A DNA stretch of 64,000 nucleotides from an uncultured Pelagibacteraceae bacterium (GCA_902578305.1 CACHCK010000001.1:183136-247135), one strand, 5' to 3'; shown: positions 1-8,765, counted from the first letter of the stretch. A program made the numbers and translations. The notes: generated from the sequence alone by a model not told the origin.

Positions 1-1
1 C

Positions 2-127
2 GGAGGAAGCATCCCATTTGTTGGCAATATTGCCAGCAATATCGTATCTCTTGTGAGCCAGTTAGGAAATGCCGGAGTTGTTGGATTAATTGCTGTTGGT
101 GTTATTCTCTGGTTATTTAGAGATTAA
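2..127 (+). CDS. C-terminal end of a small hydrophobic membrane protein (5' end outside window); paralog of the next ORF
   Basis: Frame 2 reads GGSIPFVGNIASNIVSLVSQLGNAGVVGLIAVGVILWLFRD, then TAA at 125-127. It aligns residue for residue with the C-terminal half of the 179..406 product (SSPFLGKNITQNLVGLINQLGSEGVVGIISVAIIIYLWNR). Confidence 0.55.
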   Translation, partial: GGSIPFVGNIASNIVSLVSQLGNAGVVGLIAVGVILWLFRD

Positions 128-133
128 ACATAT

Positions 134-165
134 ATCACTTCCCATGTTTGCGCATGGGAGGTGAT
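134..165 (+). promoter_or_regulatory. 13-bp intercistronic hairpin whose 3' arm contains GGAGGTGAT (perfect SD core)
   Basis: ATCACTTCCCATG (134-146) pairs with CATGGGAGGTGAT (153-165) with one G-U; the loop is TTTGCG. It lies 7 nt after the upstream stop and 13 nt before the ATG at 179. No T-run follows it. Confidence 0.6.
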
Positions 166-178
166 AAAAAATTAGAAA

Positions 179-406
179 ATGATCTCAAGAATTAAGCAAA
201 TACTAAGAGAAATCATTGATTTTGGCTTATTGTTGATAGCGATTGCTATAATTTTGGAAGTGCTCTTTGGACCATCATCACCTTTTTTGGGAAAGAATAT
301 TACTCAGAACTTGGTAGGTTTGATTAACCAACTAGGAAGTGAGGGTGTTGTGGGCATAATTTCTGTAGCAATCATTATATATCTTTGGAATAGACTTCAA
401 AAATAA
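179..406 (+). CDS. Small two-TM membrane protein, function unknown
   Basis: 75-aa ORF with two hydrophobic spans (FGLLLIAIAIILEVLF and GVVGIISVAIIIYLW). It is a paralog of the preceding partial ORF. Confidence 0.65.
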   Translation: MISRIKQILREIIDFGLLLIAIAIILEVLFGPSSPFLGKNITQNLVGLINQLGSEGVVGIISVAIIIYLWNRLQK

Positions 407-490
407 TAAGTAAAACTAACATTTTTCTTGCTCATTTAGTAATTTTAATAGACCCTATTCCTCTGTTTATTTCAATTTGGAGGAAATTTA

Positions 491-1324
491 GTGAAAAATT
501 TTAAAATATTAATAATTGGGTTCGTAATAAGCGCAATATCTTCAATGGCATTTGCTGACGGCCATTGGTCAAAAATTAGAATTGGTACGGAAGGCGCATA
601 CGAACCATGGAACTTTACGGATGCATCAGGAAATCTTGTTGGTGCTGAGCTAGATCTTGCAAGAGATCTTTGTAAGAGAATGAACGCAGAATGTGAGTTC
701 GTTCAACAGGACTGGGATGGAATCATTCCAGCATTAGTAAACGGTAAATATGATGTAATCATGGCAGGTATGTCAGTGACTGAAGAAAGAAAAAAAACGA
801 TTAGTTTTTCTAAAGCTTATATGACAGAACCAGCTAGATTTTTCACACTTAACAGTTCACCGTTAAGTACTTTTACCTCAGCAAAAAACTTAAATCTTGA
901 TGATGAAAGCAGTGCTACTTCTGGTACAATAAGTGCGTTAAATAATGCAATGAAAGGTATGAATATTGGAGTAACTGTTGCGACAATCCACGAGGATTTT
1001 GCAAATAAATACTTAGATTCAAACTTAAAGGTTTATCCGACACAAGACGAAATGAACCTTGATCTTGCTGCTGGTAGAATAGATGCGATGTTATGTGATG
1101 TCGGAACAGCAGAAGCGTTTATGGAAACTTCGGGTGGTTCTAATGTAGTAACTTTTGGTCCAAATGTGTTTGGAGGACTTTTAGGTGAAGGTGTTGGCGC
1201 AGGTATCAGACAAGGAGACGCTGATCTTAAAGCAATGTTTGATAAAGCAATAGCTGATGCGGCTGCTGATGGAACAATTTCTAAAATATCAATGCAATGG
1301 TTTGGTAAAGACCTAGCACCGTAA
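491..1324 (+). CDS. Polar amino-acid ABC transporter periplasmic substrate-binding protein (His/Lys/Arg/Orn/octopine family)
   Basis: GTG start 6 nt after GGAGGA (479-484). It has a signal peptide, and its core IRIGTEGAYEPWNF...DLARDLCKRM...DWDGIIPALVNGKYDVIMAGMSVTEERKK is typical of family-3 SBPs. Confidence 0.9.
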   Translation: MKNFKILIIGFVISAISSMAFADGHWSKIRIGTEGAYEPWNFTDASGNLVGAELDLARDLCKRMNAECEFVQQDWDGIIPALVNGKYDVIMAGMSVTEERKKTISFSKAYMTEPARFFTLNSSPLSTFTSAKNLNLDDESSATSGTISALNNAMKGMNIGVTVATIHEDFANKYLDSNLKVYPTQDEMNLDLAAGRIDAMLCDVGTAEAFMETSGGSNVVTFGPNVFGGLLGEGVGAGIRQGDADLKAMFDKAIADAAADGTISKISMQWFGKDLAP

Positions 1325-1342
1325 TTTTGAAATTAATAACGT

Positions 1343-1379
1343 AAAAAAACGGCTGACTAATACTCAGCCGTTTTTTTTT
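1343..1379 (+). terminator. Rho-independent terminator (A-run/stem/T-run, potentially bidirectional)
   Basis: CGGCTGA (1350-1356) pairs with TCAGCCG (1364-1370). A 7-A run precedes the stem and 9 T (1371-1379) follow it. Confidence 0.8.
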
Positions 1380-1391
1380 ATATAAATAAAT

Positions 1392-2105
1392 ATGTTTGAA
1401 GTATTTTCCTTTGGTTCATCTGGATGGGGAGATGAGATGCTTATGGGCGCACTGATGACAGTTCTTGTAAGTGCGTCATCTTTACTTTTAGGTATTCTGA
1501 TAGGAATTATTTTTGCTGCATGTAAACTATCAAATATTTTTATTCTAAAAATAGTAGCAAATACATACACAACAATAATAAGAGGCATACCTGAGCTTTT
1601 AGTCATATATCTTCTTTTTTTTGGTGGCAGTGGCGCAGTTATGTATATTGCTAAAATTTTTGGTTATGATGGTTATATTGAACTGAATGCATTTACAATT
1701 GGCACAATTGCTGTTGGTGCAATTTCAGGGGCTTATTCTACAGAAGTCATTCGAGGTGCGGTTAACTCCGTTCATAAAGGGCAGTTTGAGGCAGGTAAAA
1801 CACTTGGATTAAATGGATATGGTCTCTATGGAAAAGTAATATTCCCACAAGTTGCAAGAATTGCACTGCCAGGTATTGGTAATGTGTGGCAAATTACACT
1901 TAAAGATACCGCGCTCATTAGTGTTACAGGGTTAGTTGAAATTATGCGACAGTCGCGTATTGCTGCGGGCTCGACACATGAACCATTTATATTTTATACG
2001 GCTGCAATTATTCTGTATTTGGTAATTACCAGGCTTTCTAACATTTTATTTGATAGGGCTGAAAATACTTACTCTAAAGGTTTTGTATCTAAGGGGGCGC
2101 TATGA
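1392..2105 (+). CDS. Amino-acid ABC transporter permease (HisQ/OccQ-like)
   Basis: Multi-TM protein with the EAA-type loop AGKTLGLNGYGLYGKVIFPQVARIALPGIGN. Confidence 0.9.
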   Translation: MFEVFSFGSSGWGDEMLMGALMTVLVSASSLLLGILIGIIFAACKLSNIFILKIVANTYTTIIRGIPELLVIYLLFFGGSGAVMYIAKIFGYDGYIELNAFTIGTIAVGAISGAYSTEVIRGAVNSVHKGQFEAGKTLGLNGYGLYGKVIFPQVARIALPGIGNVWQITLKDTALISVTGLVEIMRQSRIAAGSTHEPFIFYTAAIILYLVITRLSNILFDRAENTYSKGFVSKGAL

Positions 2106-2785
2106 GATTTGAATTAATGTATGAGTCATTTTTCAAAATAATTGAGGGTATTCCTCTTACATTACAAGTGGTTTCTATTTCAACAGTACTCGGACTAGCA
2201 TTAGCAATAATCGTTGCATTGATGAGAATTTCTGGCAAAAAATCAATGTCAATTCCAGCATATTATTTTGTCTATTTAATTAGGGGGACACCTCTGTTAC
2301 TGCAGTTGTATTTTGTTTATTATGGTCTTGGTCAATTTTCATTTATTCGAGAAAGTATATTATGGCCAATTTTAAAAGAGCCATATTGGTGCGGTATCAT
2401 TACACTGACTATCAGCACTGGTGCTTATTCCTCTGAAATAATTCGAGGGGGTATCCTTTCTGTGTCTAAAAATTTTATAGAAGCATCAGGAGCATTAGGA
2501 CTGAATAAAATTAAGACATTTCTGCTAATTACACTTCCAATTACCGTACGACAAGCATTACCAGCTTATGGTAATGAGTTGATATTAATGGTTAAAGCCA
2601 GTTCGTTGATTTCAATTATCACGCTCATGGAAATTACTGGAATAGCTCGAACTATAATCTCAAAAACCTATGCACCTGTTGAAATATTTTTAGTAGCGGG
2701 ATCAATATATTTAATTATCAACTTCATTATCGTTTTAGCTGTTGGGTTAGCGGAGAGAAAATTAGGAACAGTGAAAGCTAATTAA
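2102..2785 (+). CDS. Amino-acid ABC transporter permease (HisM/OccM-like)
   Basis: 4-nt overlap with the previous permease. EAA loop ASGALGLNKIKTFLLITLPITVRQALPAYGNE. Confidence 0.9.
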   Translation: MRFELMYESFFKIIEGIPLTLQVVSISTVLGLALAIIVALMRISGKKSMSIPAYYFVYLIRGTPLLLQLYFVYYGLGQFSFIRESILWPILKEPYWCGIITLTISTGAYSSEIIRGGILSVSKNFIEASGALGLNKIKTFLLITLPITVRQALPAYGNELILMVKASSLISIITLMEITGIARTIISKTYAPVEIFLVAGSIYLIINFIIVLAVGLAERKLGTVKAN

Positions 2786-3251
2786 TTACTTTTTGGAAGG
2801 CATATTCAGTTGTATTGCTTATGTCATTTAACTTTCTTGTTTTTGACATTTTTTTATAATTTAATTTTTTATACATTTTGTGAGCTTCCTTGAATCTAGT
2901 ATCAGTCCATAGCACTATCTTTCTTTTTTTATATTTCTTTGCAATACTCTCAATCCTTAACATTAGTTTTTTTGCCAGGCCCTTCATTCGATAATTTTTA
3001 TCTATATATAGCTTATGTATTTCTAAGTTATTTTTTTTATATGGTAGATAACCCATGCATCCGATAATTTTATTTTTATCAACATATACCCAGAACTTTC
3101 CTTTTTTATTTTTAAAGTAAGAATAAACATCTCTTAACTCTGGAGAGTCGTTGTCTACATCAAGGTAGCAATTTTTATAATCCTTAAAACACCTTTTGAT
3201 TAAGTTGATTATTTGATTTCCGTCTTTATTTCTTGCTAGTCTTAGTTGCAT
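2778..3251 (-). CDS. GNAT family N-acetyltransferase
   Basis: 157 aa. The acetyl-CoA motif region is HKLYIDKNYRMKGLAKKLMLRIESIAKK. Confidence 0.8.
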   Translation of the reverse strand: MQLRLARNKDGNQIINLIKRCFKDYKNCYLDVDNDSPELRDVYSYFKNKKGKFWVYVDKNKIIGCMGYLPYKKNNLEIHKLYIDKNYRMKGLAKKLMLRIESIAKKYKKRKIVLWTDTRFKEAHKMYKKLNYKKMSKTRKLNDISNTTEYAFQKVIN

Positions 3252-3272
3252 AATGTTAGATTATAAGACTCT

Positions 3273-4085
3273 ATGAGCTATTTTCATAATAAAAGAATTT
3301 GGGTTACGGGCGCTTCATCTGGCATTGGCCGATCAGTTGCAATTAAGCTATCAAAATTAGGTGCAGAAGTAATATTAACTGCGCGAAATAGAGATAAATT
3401 AGAGGAAGTAAAAAAAGAATGTGGAAATGCAAAGGCGCATATTTTTGATCACGATCTCTCAAAGTTGGAGTCCATTGATGATTTAGTCAATAGAGTTACC
3501 CGTGAGGTGGGTTCAATAGATATACTCTTTAATAATGCTGGAGTATCTGCATATTCTGCGGCAAATGAAACAGATTTTAATGTTTATACACAAGTTATGA
3601 ATCTAAATTTTCTCTCTGTTGTTAAATTAACTAAGTGTTTGCTTCCACAAATGATATTAAATAAAAAAGGTCAGATAGTAACGAATACCAGTTTGTCTGG
3701 AAAATTTGGATCAAAAAAAAGAACTGTTTACGCTTCATCAAAACATGCATTGCACGGTTTTATGGACTCACTTCGAGCTGAAGTTCATGAACATAATATT
3801 AAAGTTAATACAGTCGCTCCAGGATTTGTTAACACTGAGATAGGTATGAAAGCCTTAACTGGAGATGGCACTCCTTATGGCGCTAATGATAGAGGTCATG
3901 AAAGTCAAGGCATGGATTTGGATAAAGCCTCAGAAATGATTATTAAATCAATAGAGGCAAATAAAAGAGAAGCTTATATTGTTCCTAGAATAAGCTTTCC
4001 AAAAATAGCATTATATATATCAAGATATTTCCCTGGTTTAGGAGCTATTATTGCTCGTAATTATAATGAAGAGGATAACGGCTGA
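3273..4085 (+). CDS. Short-chain dehydrogenase/reductase (SDR)
   Basis: TGASSGIGRS cofactor motif, NNAG, and the catalytic YASSKHAL (YxxxK). Confidence 0.9.
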   Translation: MSYFHNKRIWVTGASSGIGRSVAIKLSKLGAEVILTARNRDKLEEVKKECGNAKAHIFDHDLSKLESIDDLVNRVTREVGSIDILFNNAGVSAYSAANETDFNVYTQVMNLNFLSVVKLTKCLLPQMILNKKGQIVTNTSLSGKFGSKKRTVYASSKHALHGFMDSLRAEVHEHNIKVNTVAPGFVNTEIGMKALTGDGTPYGANDRGHESQGMDLDKASEMIIKSIEANKREAYIVPRISFPKIALYISRYFPGLGAIIARNYNEEDNG

Positions 4086-4673
4086 TTATTGATTTTTTAA
4101 ATATTCAACAAGAAATTTCATACTGTCAATGCCCCAATACATTTCATCATCGATGTAAAATGTTGGTACTCCAAACGCTCCTTTATTAATAGCAAATTCA
4201 GTATTTTCTCTTAATTTATTTTTAATTTCATCACTTGAAATTCCTTCAGCAAAACTATTTGCATCCATTCCAGACTCAGTAGCGACTTGGGTCAGAAGTT
4301 CCTGATCATTAAGATTCATTGCTTTTGTCCAAATAGACTCAAACATAACTTGCATGTAATTTTCTAAAATATCATTTTTTTGGGCTAAGACCGCCCCTCG
4401 CATGTGAGGCACTGTTAATATAGGAAAATAGGGATTCATCTTAAATGGAATACTGAGTGTTTTTGTCCAACGAGTAATATCTTTAAACATATATTCCCCC
4501 TTTTTTTGGACAGTTGCAGGCGGTTGATTTCCTGTAGCCTTAAATATTCCTCCCAACAGAACAGGCATAATTTCAATTTCTGCTCCTTCGTCTTTAATTA
4601 CTTTAAGATTATTGTACGCTAGGTAGGAGTAAGGACTTCCAAAATCAAAGCAAAATGTTACGTTTTTAGACAT
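4086..4673 (-). CDS. DsbA-like thioredoxin-fold protein, 2-hydroxychromene-2-carboxylate isomerase family
   Basis: The N-terminus MSKNVTFCFDFGSPYSYLAY and the C-terminal GAFGVPTFYIDDEMYWGIDSM are typical of the family. The ORF track starts 8 codons earlier (4697); the family-like start at 4673 is preferred. Confidence 0.8.
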   Translation of the reverse strand: MSKNVTFCFDFGSPYSYLAYNNLKVIKDEGAEIEIMPVLLGGIFKATGNQPPATVQKKGEYMFKDITRWTKTLSIPFKMNPYFPILTVPHMRGAVLAQKNDILENYMQVMFESIWTKAMNLNDQELLTQVATESGMDANSFAEGISSDEIKNKLRENTEFAINKGAFGVPTFYIDDEMYWGIDSMKFLVEYLKNQ

Positions 4674-4714
4674 ATATAATGCTATAAATATAAACAATTA
4701 GATCAAATAGTAAA

Positions 4715-5851
4715 ATGAAGATTGTAGTAATAACCGGTGAAGAGTCTGGCGATAAATTAGCCGCATCAGCCATAAAAGAACTGAAAAAAATTTCAAATGA
4801 GCCTCTTAAAATTTTCGGTATTGGTGGAAGAGCCCTTGAAAAAGAGGGTATTCAAAAATTTTTTGATATATCAGAAATTAACGTGATGGGATTAATTGAA
4901 GTTATTCCTAAGATATTTAAAATAAATCGCATAATAAAATCAGTGGTTAATCAAATTATTAAACTTGATCCTGATATTATTTTCACAGTTGATAGTCCGG
5001 ATTTTACATTGAGAATTGCTGAACGGATAAAAAAACGAAACAATAAATTAAAAATTCTTCATTATGTGGCTCCTAGCGTTTGGGCATGGAGGCCTGGACG
5101 TGTCCATACAGTAAAAAAATCAGTAGATCACTTGCTAACAATTCTACCCTTTGAGAAGAAAATATTTGAGAAATATGAAGTGCCGACAACTTTTGTAGGT
5201 CATCCGATAACAGAGATAAATATTGAAAACTTTAAAAAAAATCAAATTACTGAGGGAGACAGAGAAGTTATCTTAATTTTACCGGGAAGTAGAAAAAAGG
5301 AAGTTGTATCTCTTTTACCAATTTACTTAGAAGTAATAAGGGCCATGAAGTTAGATGACAAGTATGAGCTTGTAATGCCACTTACAAAAGAAATGACTTT
5401 TTATGTAGAAGATATCTTAAGTCAATTCGGTTTACAAAATACAATAAAAATAATTCTAGATGAGCATATTAAATACTCTTATTACTATCATGCAAAACTT
5501 GGTATTGTGACCTCAGGGACTGCAGCTTTAGAAGTTTCATATTTTAATACACCATATGTGACAGCATATAAATTCAATCCTGTAACCTATTTTATACTGC
5601 AATTTCTTATTAAAACTAGAATGGGTAATTTGATTAATATTATACAAGGGAAATTTATCATTCCTGAACTGCTACAAAGTAAAAGTAATAAAGATAATAT
5701 TATGTATTATTTAAATAAATTTTTAGATGATAATGATTACCTTCAAGAAGTTTTATCAAATGCAAGTGAAGCTACTGCGAAACTCAAATCTCAAAGCACG
5801 CCAAGTATAATGGCAGCAGAAAAAATTATTCAGATAGTTAATGAAAAATAA
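4715..5851 (+). CDS. lpxB: Lipid-A-disaccharide synthase
   Basis: MKIVVITGEESGDKLAA..., VAPSVWAWRPGR and ILPFEKKIFEKYEVPTTFVGHP are classic LpxB motifs. Confidence 0.9.
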   Translation: MKIVVITGEESGDKLAASAIKELKKISNEPLKIFGIGGRALEKEGIQKFFDISEINVMGLIEVIPKIFKINRIIKSVVNQIIKLDPDIIFTVDSPDFTLRIAERIKKRNNKLKILHYVAPSVWAWRPGRVHTVKKSVDHLLTILPFEKKIFEKYEVPTTFVGHPITEINIENFKKNQITEGDREVILILPGSRKKEVVSLLPIYLEVIRAMKLDDKYELVMPLTKEMTFYVEDILSQFGLQNTIKIILDEHIKYSYYYHAKLGIVTSGTAALEVSYFNTPYVTAYKFNPVTYFILQFLIKTRMGNLINIIQGKFIIPELLQSKSNKDNIMYYLNKFLDDNDYLQEVLSNASEATAKLKSQSTPSIMAAEKIIQIVNEK

Positions 5852-6371
5852 ATCTAATTATACTGAAATTGAGTCAAAAGCTTTATGGTACTTACAAAGA
5901 TACGCATCAAGTTCAGAAAACTTAAGAAATTATTTAAGACGTAAAGTTAAAGATAGCCACCTAAGTATTAACTCGGAGGAAATTATCAATGAAATAATTT
6001 TTTCTTTAGAAAGGCAACAAATTCTTAATGATCAGCTATTTTCTGATGGTAAAATTAGGAATTATCTAAATAAGGGTTGGTCACTAAAAAAAATTGAATT
6101 CAAACTTAAGGAACTAAACGTAAAGGATAATATAATTATTGATGCAATACAGAACATTAGAGATTCAGTTAAAAATATTGATCTTATAGCCGCTTGCAGG
6201 CTAGCGAAAAAGAAATCTATAGGACCTTATAGAAAAAATGAACTTACAGAAAAAATAAAAATGAGAGAACTTGGAGTTTTGTCAAGAGCAGGTTTTTCAT
6301 ATAACATCGTAAAGAAGATATTATTTGAAATGAGCAAGGAGGAGCTGGAAGATATTTATGATCAAAGATAA
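5841..6371 (+). CDS. recX: RecX-like regulatory protein
   Basis: 176 aa with a repeated helical pattern; ALWYLQRYASSSENLRNYLRRKV resembles the RecX N-terminus. 11-nt overlap with lpxB. Confidence 0.65.
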   Translation: MKNKSNYTEIESKALWYLQRYASSSENLRNYLRRKVKDSHLSINSEEIINEIIFSLERQQILNDQLFSDGKIRNYLNKGWSLKKIEFKLKELNVKDNIIIDAIQNIRDSVKNIDLIAACRLAKKKSIGPYRKNELTEKIKMRELGVLSRAGFSYNIVKKILFEMSKEELEDIYDQR

Positions 6372-7113
6372 AACAATTATTGTTACAGGTGCTGCAAGAG
6401 GCTTGGGACAGAAATATGCCCTTGAATTTGCGAAAGCAGAAGCGAATATCATTTTTGCAGATATATCTGATTGTTCTGAGACAGAGAAAAAGGTGAGCGA
6501 AGTTACAGATAAATTTTTAAGTCTAAATCTCGATGTGACAGATATAAACTCATGCAACACTATGATGGCCAAGGCTGTTGATAAATTTTCTAAAATAGAT
6601 GTATTGGTAAATAACGCTGCATTATATGGAGCATTAAAAAGCTCACGGTTTGAAGATATTGATCCAGATCAATGGGACAAAGCGATGAATGTAAATGTCA
6701 AAGGACTTTGGAATTGCTGCAGGGCAATATCTCCAATAATGAGAGAAAACAAAAGTGGCTCGATAATAAATATCGCTTCTCTAGCAGCTAAATTCGGCAT
6801 GCCTTACGCCGCAGATTACGCTACATCAAAAGCTGCCGTGATTGGATTAACTCGGGTTATGGCTAGAGAAATGGGAAAAGATAACATTCGTGTGAATGCA
6901 GTAGCGCCATCTATGGTAAGAACCGAGTCGGCAAAGGAATTTTTAGGAGAAAAAGCAGAACGTGGTTTTGAGGTTATTTCTAAAGGGCAGATATTACAAA
7001 AGACACTTGAAGTTGATGATATATATGGAACTGTTCTTTATCTTGCAAGTGATCAAAGTAAATTTGTTACAGGACAAACCCTGATGGTAGATGGAGGCAG
7101 TGTGCTTCTGTAA
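6358..7113 (+). CDS. SDR family oxidoreductase (FabG-like)
   Basis: TGAARGLGQ, NNAA, and YATSKAAVIGLTR (YxxxK). Confidence 0.9.
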   Translation: MIKDKTIIVTGAARGLGQKYALEFAKAEANIIFADISDCSETEKKVSEVTDKFLSLNLDVTDINSCNTMMAKAVDKFSKIDVLVNNAALYGALKSSRFEDIDPDQWDKAMNVNVKGLWNCCRAISPIMRENKSGSIINIASLAAKFGMPYAADYATSKAAVIGLTRVMAREMGKDNIRVNAVAPSMVRTESAKEFLGEKAERGFEVISKGQILQKTLEVDDIYGTVLYLASDQSKFVTGQTLMVDGGSVLL

Positions 7114-7116
7114 AGA

Positions 7117-7248
7117 ATGAAAAAGAAAAAAAGTAAATTAAAAAGTAATCCTATTGCAAGACAGTTAAGGACAGATAAGTTTAGACCAAAAAAGGTCGCA
7201 AATAAAAAAAAACTTCATGAAAAAAAAAGAATAAAAATTAAATTATGA
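7117..7248 (+). CDS. Unlisted 43-codon highly basic ORF; possible ArfA-like ribosome-associated peptide
   Basis: ATG 7117 to TGA 7246-7248 encodes MKKKKSKLKSNPIARQLRTDKFRPKKVANKKKLHEKKRIKIKL. The stop overlaps the ATG of the next gene (ATGA at 7245-7248). It is below the length cutoff of the ORF track. Confidence 0.4.
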   Translation: MKKKKSKLKSNPIARQLRTDKFRPKKVANKKKLHEKKRIKIKL

Positions 7249-7907
7249 CAACCGTTTCAGAGGCCGTAAACAATCGCCAATCAGTCAGAGCTTTTACAAA
7301 AAAGCAGGTATCGAATGAAATACTAGAAAGCCTAATTTATAAGTCTTCTAGATCCCCATCGGGAGGCAACTTACAGCCATGGAGAATATTTATAATAAAT
7401 GGGAACTCGATGAAACGTTTTCTTGAATTTCAGGATAAATGGAAGGGCACAGACACACCTGAGTACCCAATTTATCCTGCAAAACTTAAAGAGCCTTATA
7501 GAACTTCACGGTTTGAAGTTGGTGAACAGTTATACGGTTCCATTGGAATTGAAAGATCAGATTCGCAAGCAAGGGTAGATCAAATGCTTAAAAATTTCAC
7601 TTTTTTTGATGCGCCAGCAGCATTATTTTGTTTTGTAGACCGCCAGATGAACCAACCTCAGTGGTCAGATTTAGGAATGTTCCTACAGACATTTATGCTA
7701 CTTGCTCAAGAAGAAGGAATTGATACTTGTGCACAGGAATCTTGGTCACTTAGGCAGAAAATGGTATCTGAATTTGTTGAAGCTGACTCTGATCTCATGT
7801 TATTCTGTGGCATGGCAATTGGATACAGAGATGCCTCCTCGCCATTAAATAATTATAAAACTAATAGAAGATCACCAGCAGATTGGTGTACATTTATAAA
7901 AAAATGA
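7245..7907 (+). CDS. Nitroreductase family protein
   Basis: The N-terminus AVNNRQSVRAFTKKQV, SRSPSGGNLQPWRIFII and the C-terminal GMAIGY are typical of the NfsA/NfsB fold family. Confidence 0.85.
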   Translation: MTTVSEAVNNRQSVRAFTKKQVSNEILESLIYKSSRSPSGGNLQPWRIFIINGNSMKRFLEFQDKWKGTDTPEYPIYPAKLKEPYRTSRFEVGEQLYGSIGIERSDSQARVDQMLKNFTFFDAPAALFCFVDRQMNQPQWSDLGMFLQTFMLLAQEEGIDTCAQESWSLRQKMVSEFVEADSDLMLFCGMAIGYRDASSPLNNYKTNRRSPADWCTFIKK

Positions 7908-8764
7908 CAGAAAAAAAATTTTTTACTCATAAAAATAAAAAAATTGCATATGTCGATGTTGGCACAGGTGATCCAATAATCTTCTTTCACGGAAACCCAA
8001 GCTCATCCTATTTGTATAGAAATATTATTAAAAACTTAAATAGTGGTTACAGATGTATTGCGGCAGATATGATTGGTATGGGTGACTCTGATAAGTTAGA
8101 TAATCCTGGTCATATGACTTATACATTTGATACTCATTTTGAATACTTATCTGAATTAATAAAAAGTCTAAATTTAAATGAAAAAATTACCCTTGTAGGA
8201 CAAGACTGGGGAGGGCCATTAAGCATTAAATGGGCGAGAGAGAATTCAGATAAAGTAAGAGGCATATGTTATTTTGAAACAGTTATTGCGCCGATTAAAT
8301 CTGAAGAAATGCAAGAACCGCTTAAAAGTTTATTTATGATGCTAAGGTCCGAAAAAGGTGACAAAAAGGTTTTAGAAGAAAATTTCTTTGTTGAAAAAAT
8401 GTTGGGAACAGACCCGATTACTCCTCTAAGTGAAGAAACTATGGCTGTTTATAGAAAACCATTTCTTAATCCTGGGGAGGATAGAAGACCAACTTTGGAC
8501 TGGCCGCGACAAATTCCAATTGATAAAGAACCGAAGCACGTCCATGAAGAAGTTAAAAAAAATCTATCTTTCATGATGGAGACAGAAATACCAAAACTTT
8601 TAATCATTGCAGAGCCAGGCCGTTTAATGCCAAAGCCTCTAATTGAATTTTGCAGAAAATTTAAAAATCAATCCGAAGCGACTGTAAAAGGCAACCATTT
8701 TGTTCAAGAAGACTCACCTAACGAAATAAGTGAAAATATAGATAATTGGTTGAAGTCTATTTAA
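7904..8764 (+). CDS. Haloalkane dehalogenase-type alpha/beta hydrolase (HLD-II-like)
   Basis: HGNPSSSYLYRNII (Asn halide-stabilising motif), nucleophile elbow GQDWGG, and C-terminal GNHFVQEDSP (catalytic His). Start moved to 7904 (MTEKKFF...), which overlaps the upstream stop as ATGA. Confidence 0.8.
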   Translation: MTEKKFFTHKNKKIAYVDVGTGDPIIFFHGNPSSSYLYRNIIKNLNSGYRCIAADMIGMGDSDKLDNPGHMTYTFDTHFEYLSELIKSLNLNEKITLVGQDWGGPLSIKWARENSDKVRGICYFETVIAPIKSEEMQEPLKSLFMMLRSEKGDKKVLEENFFVEKMLGTDPITPLSEETMAVYRKPFLNPGEDRRPTLDWPRQIPIDKEPKHVHEEVKKNLSFMMETEIPKLLIIAEPGRLMPKPLIEFCRKFKNQSEATVKGNHFVQEDSPNEISENIDNWLKSI

Positions 8765-8765
8765 A

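Noticed and set aside
2778-3251. GNAT acetyltransferase as the toxin of a GNAT/RHH toxin-antitoxin pair
   Set aside because: Only 21 nt separate it from the divergent SDR gene, so there is no room for an antitoxin ORF. No mobile context is present.
5841-6371. recX located 56 kb from recA as an anomaly
   Set aside because: Unlinked recX genes occur in many bacteria, and the identification itself rests only on moderate N-terminal similarity.
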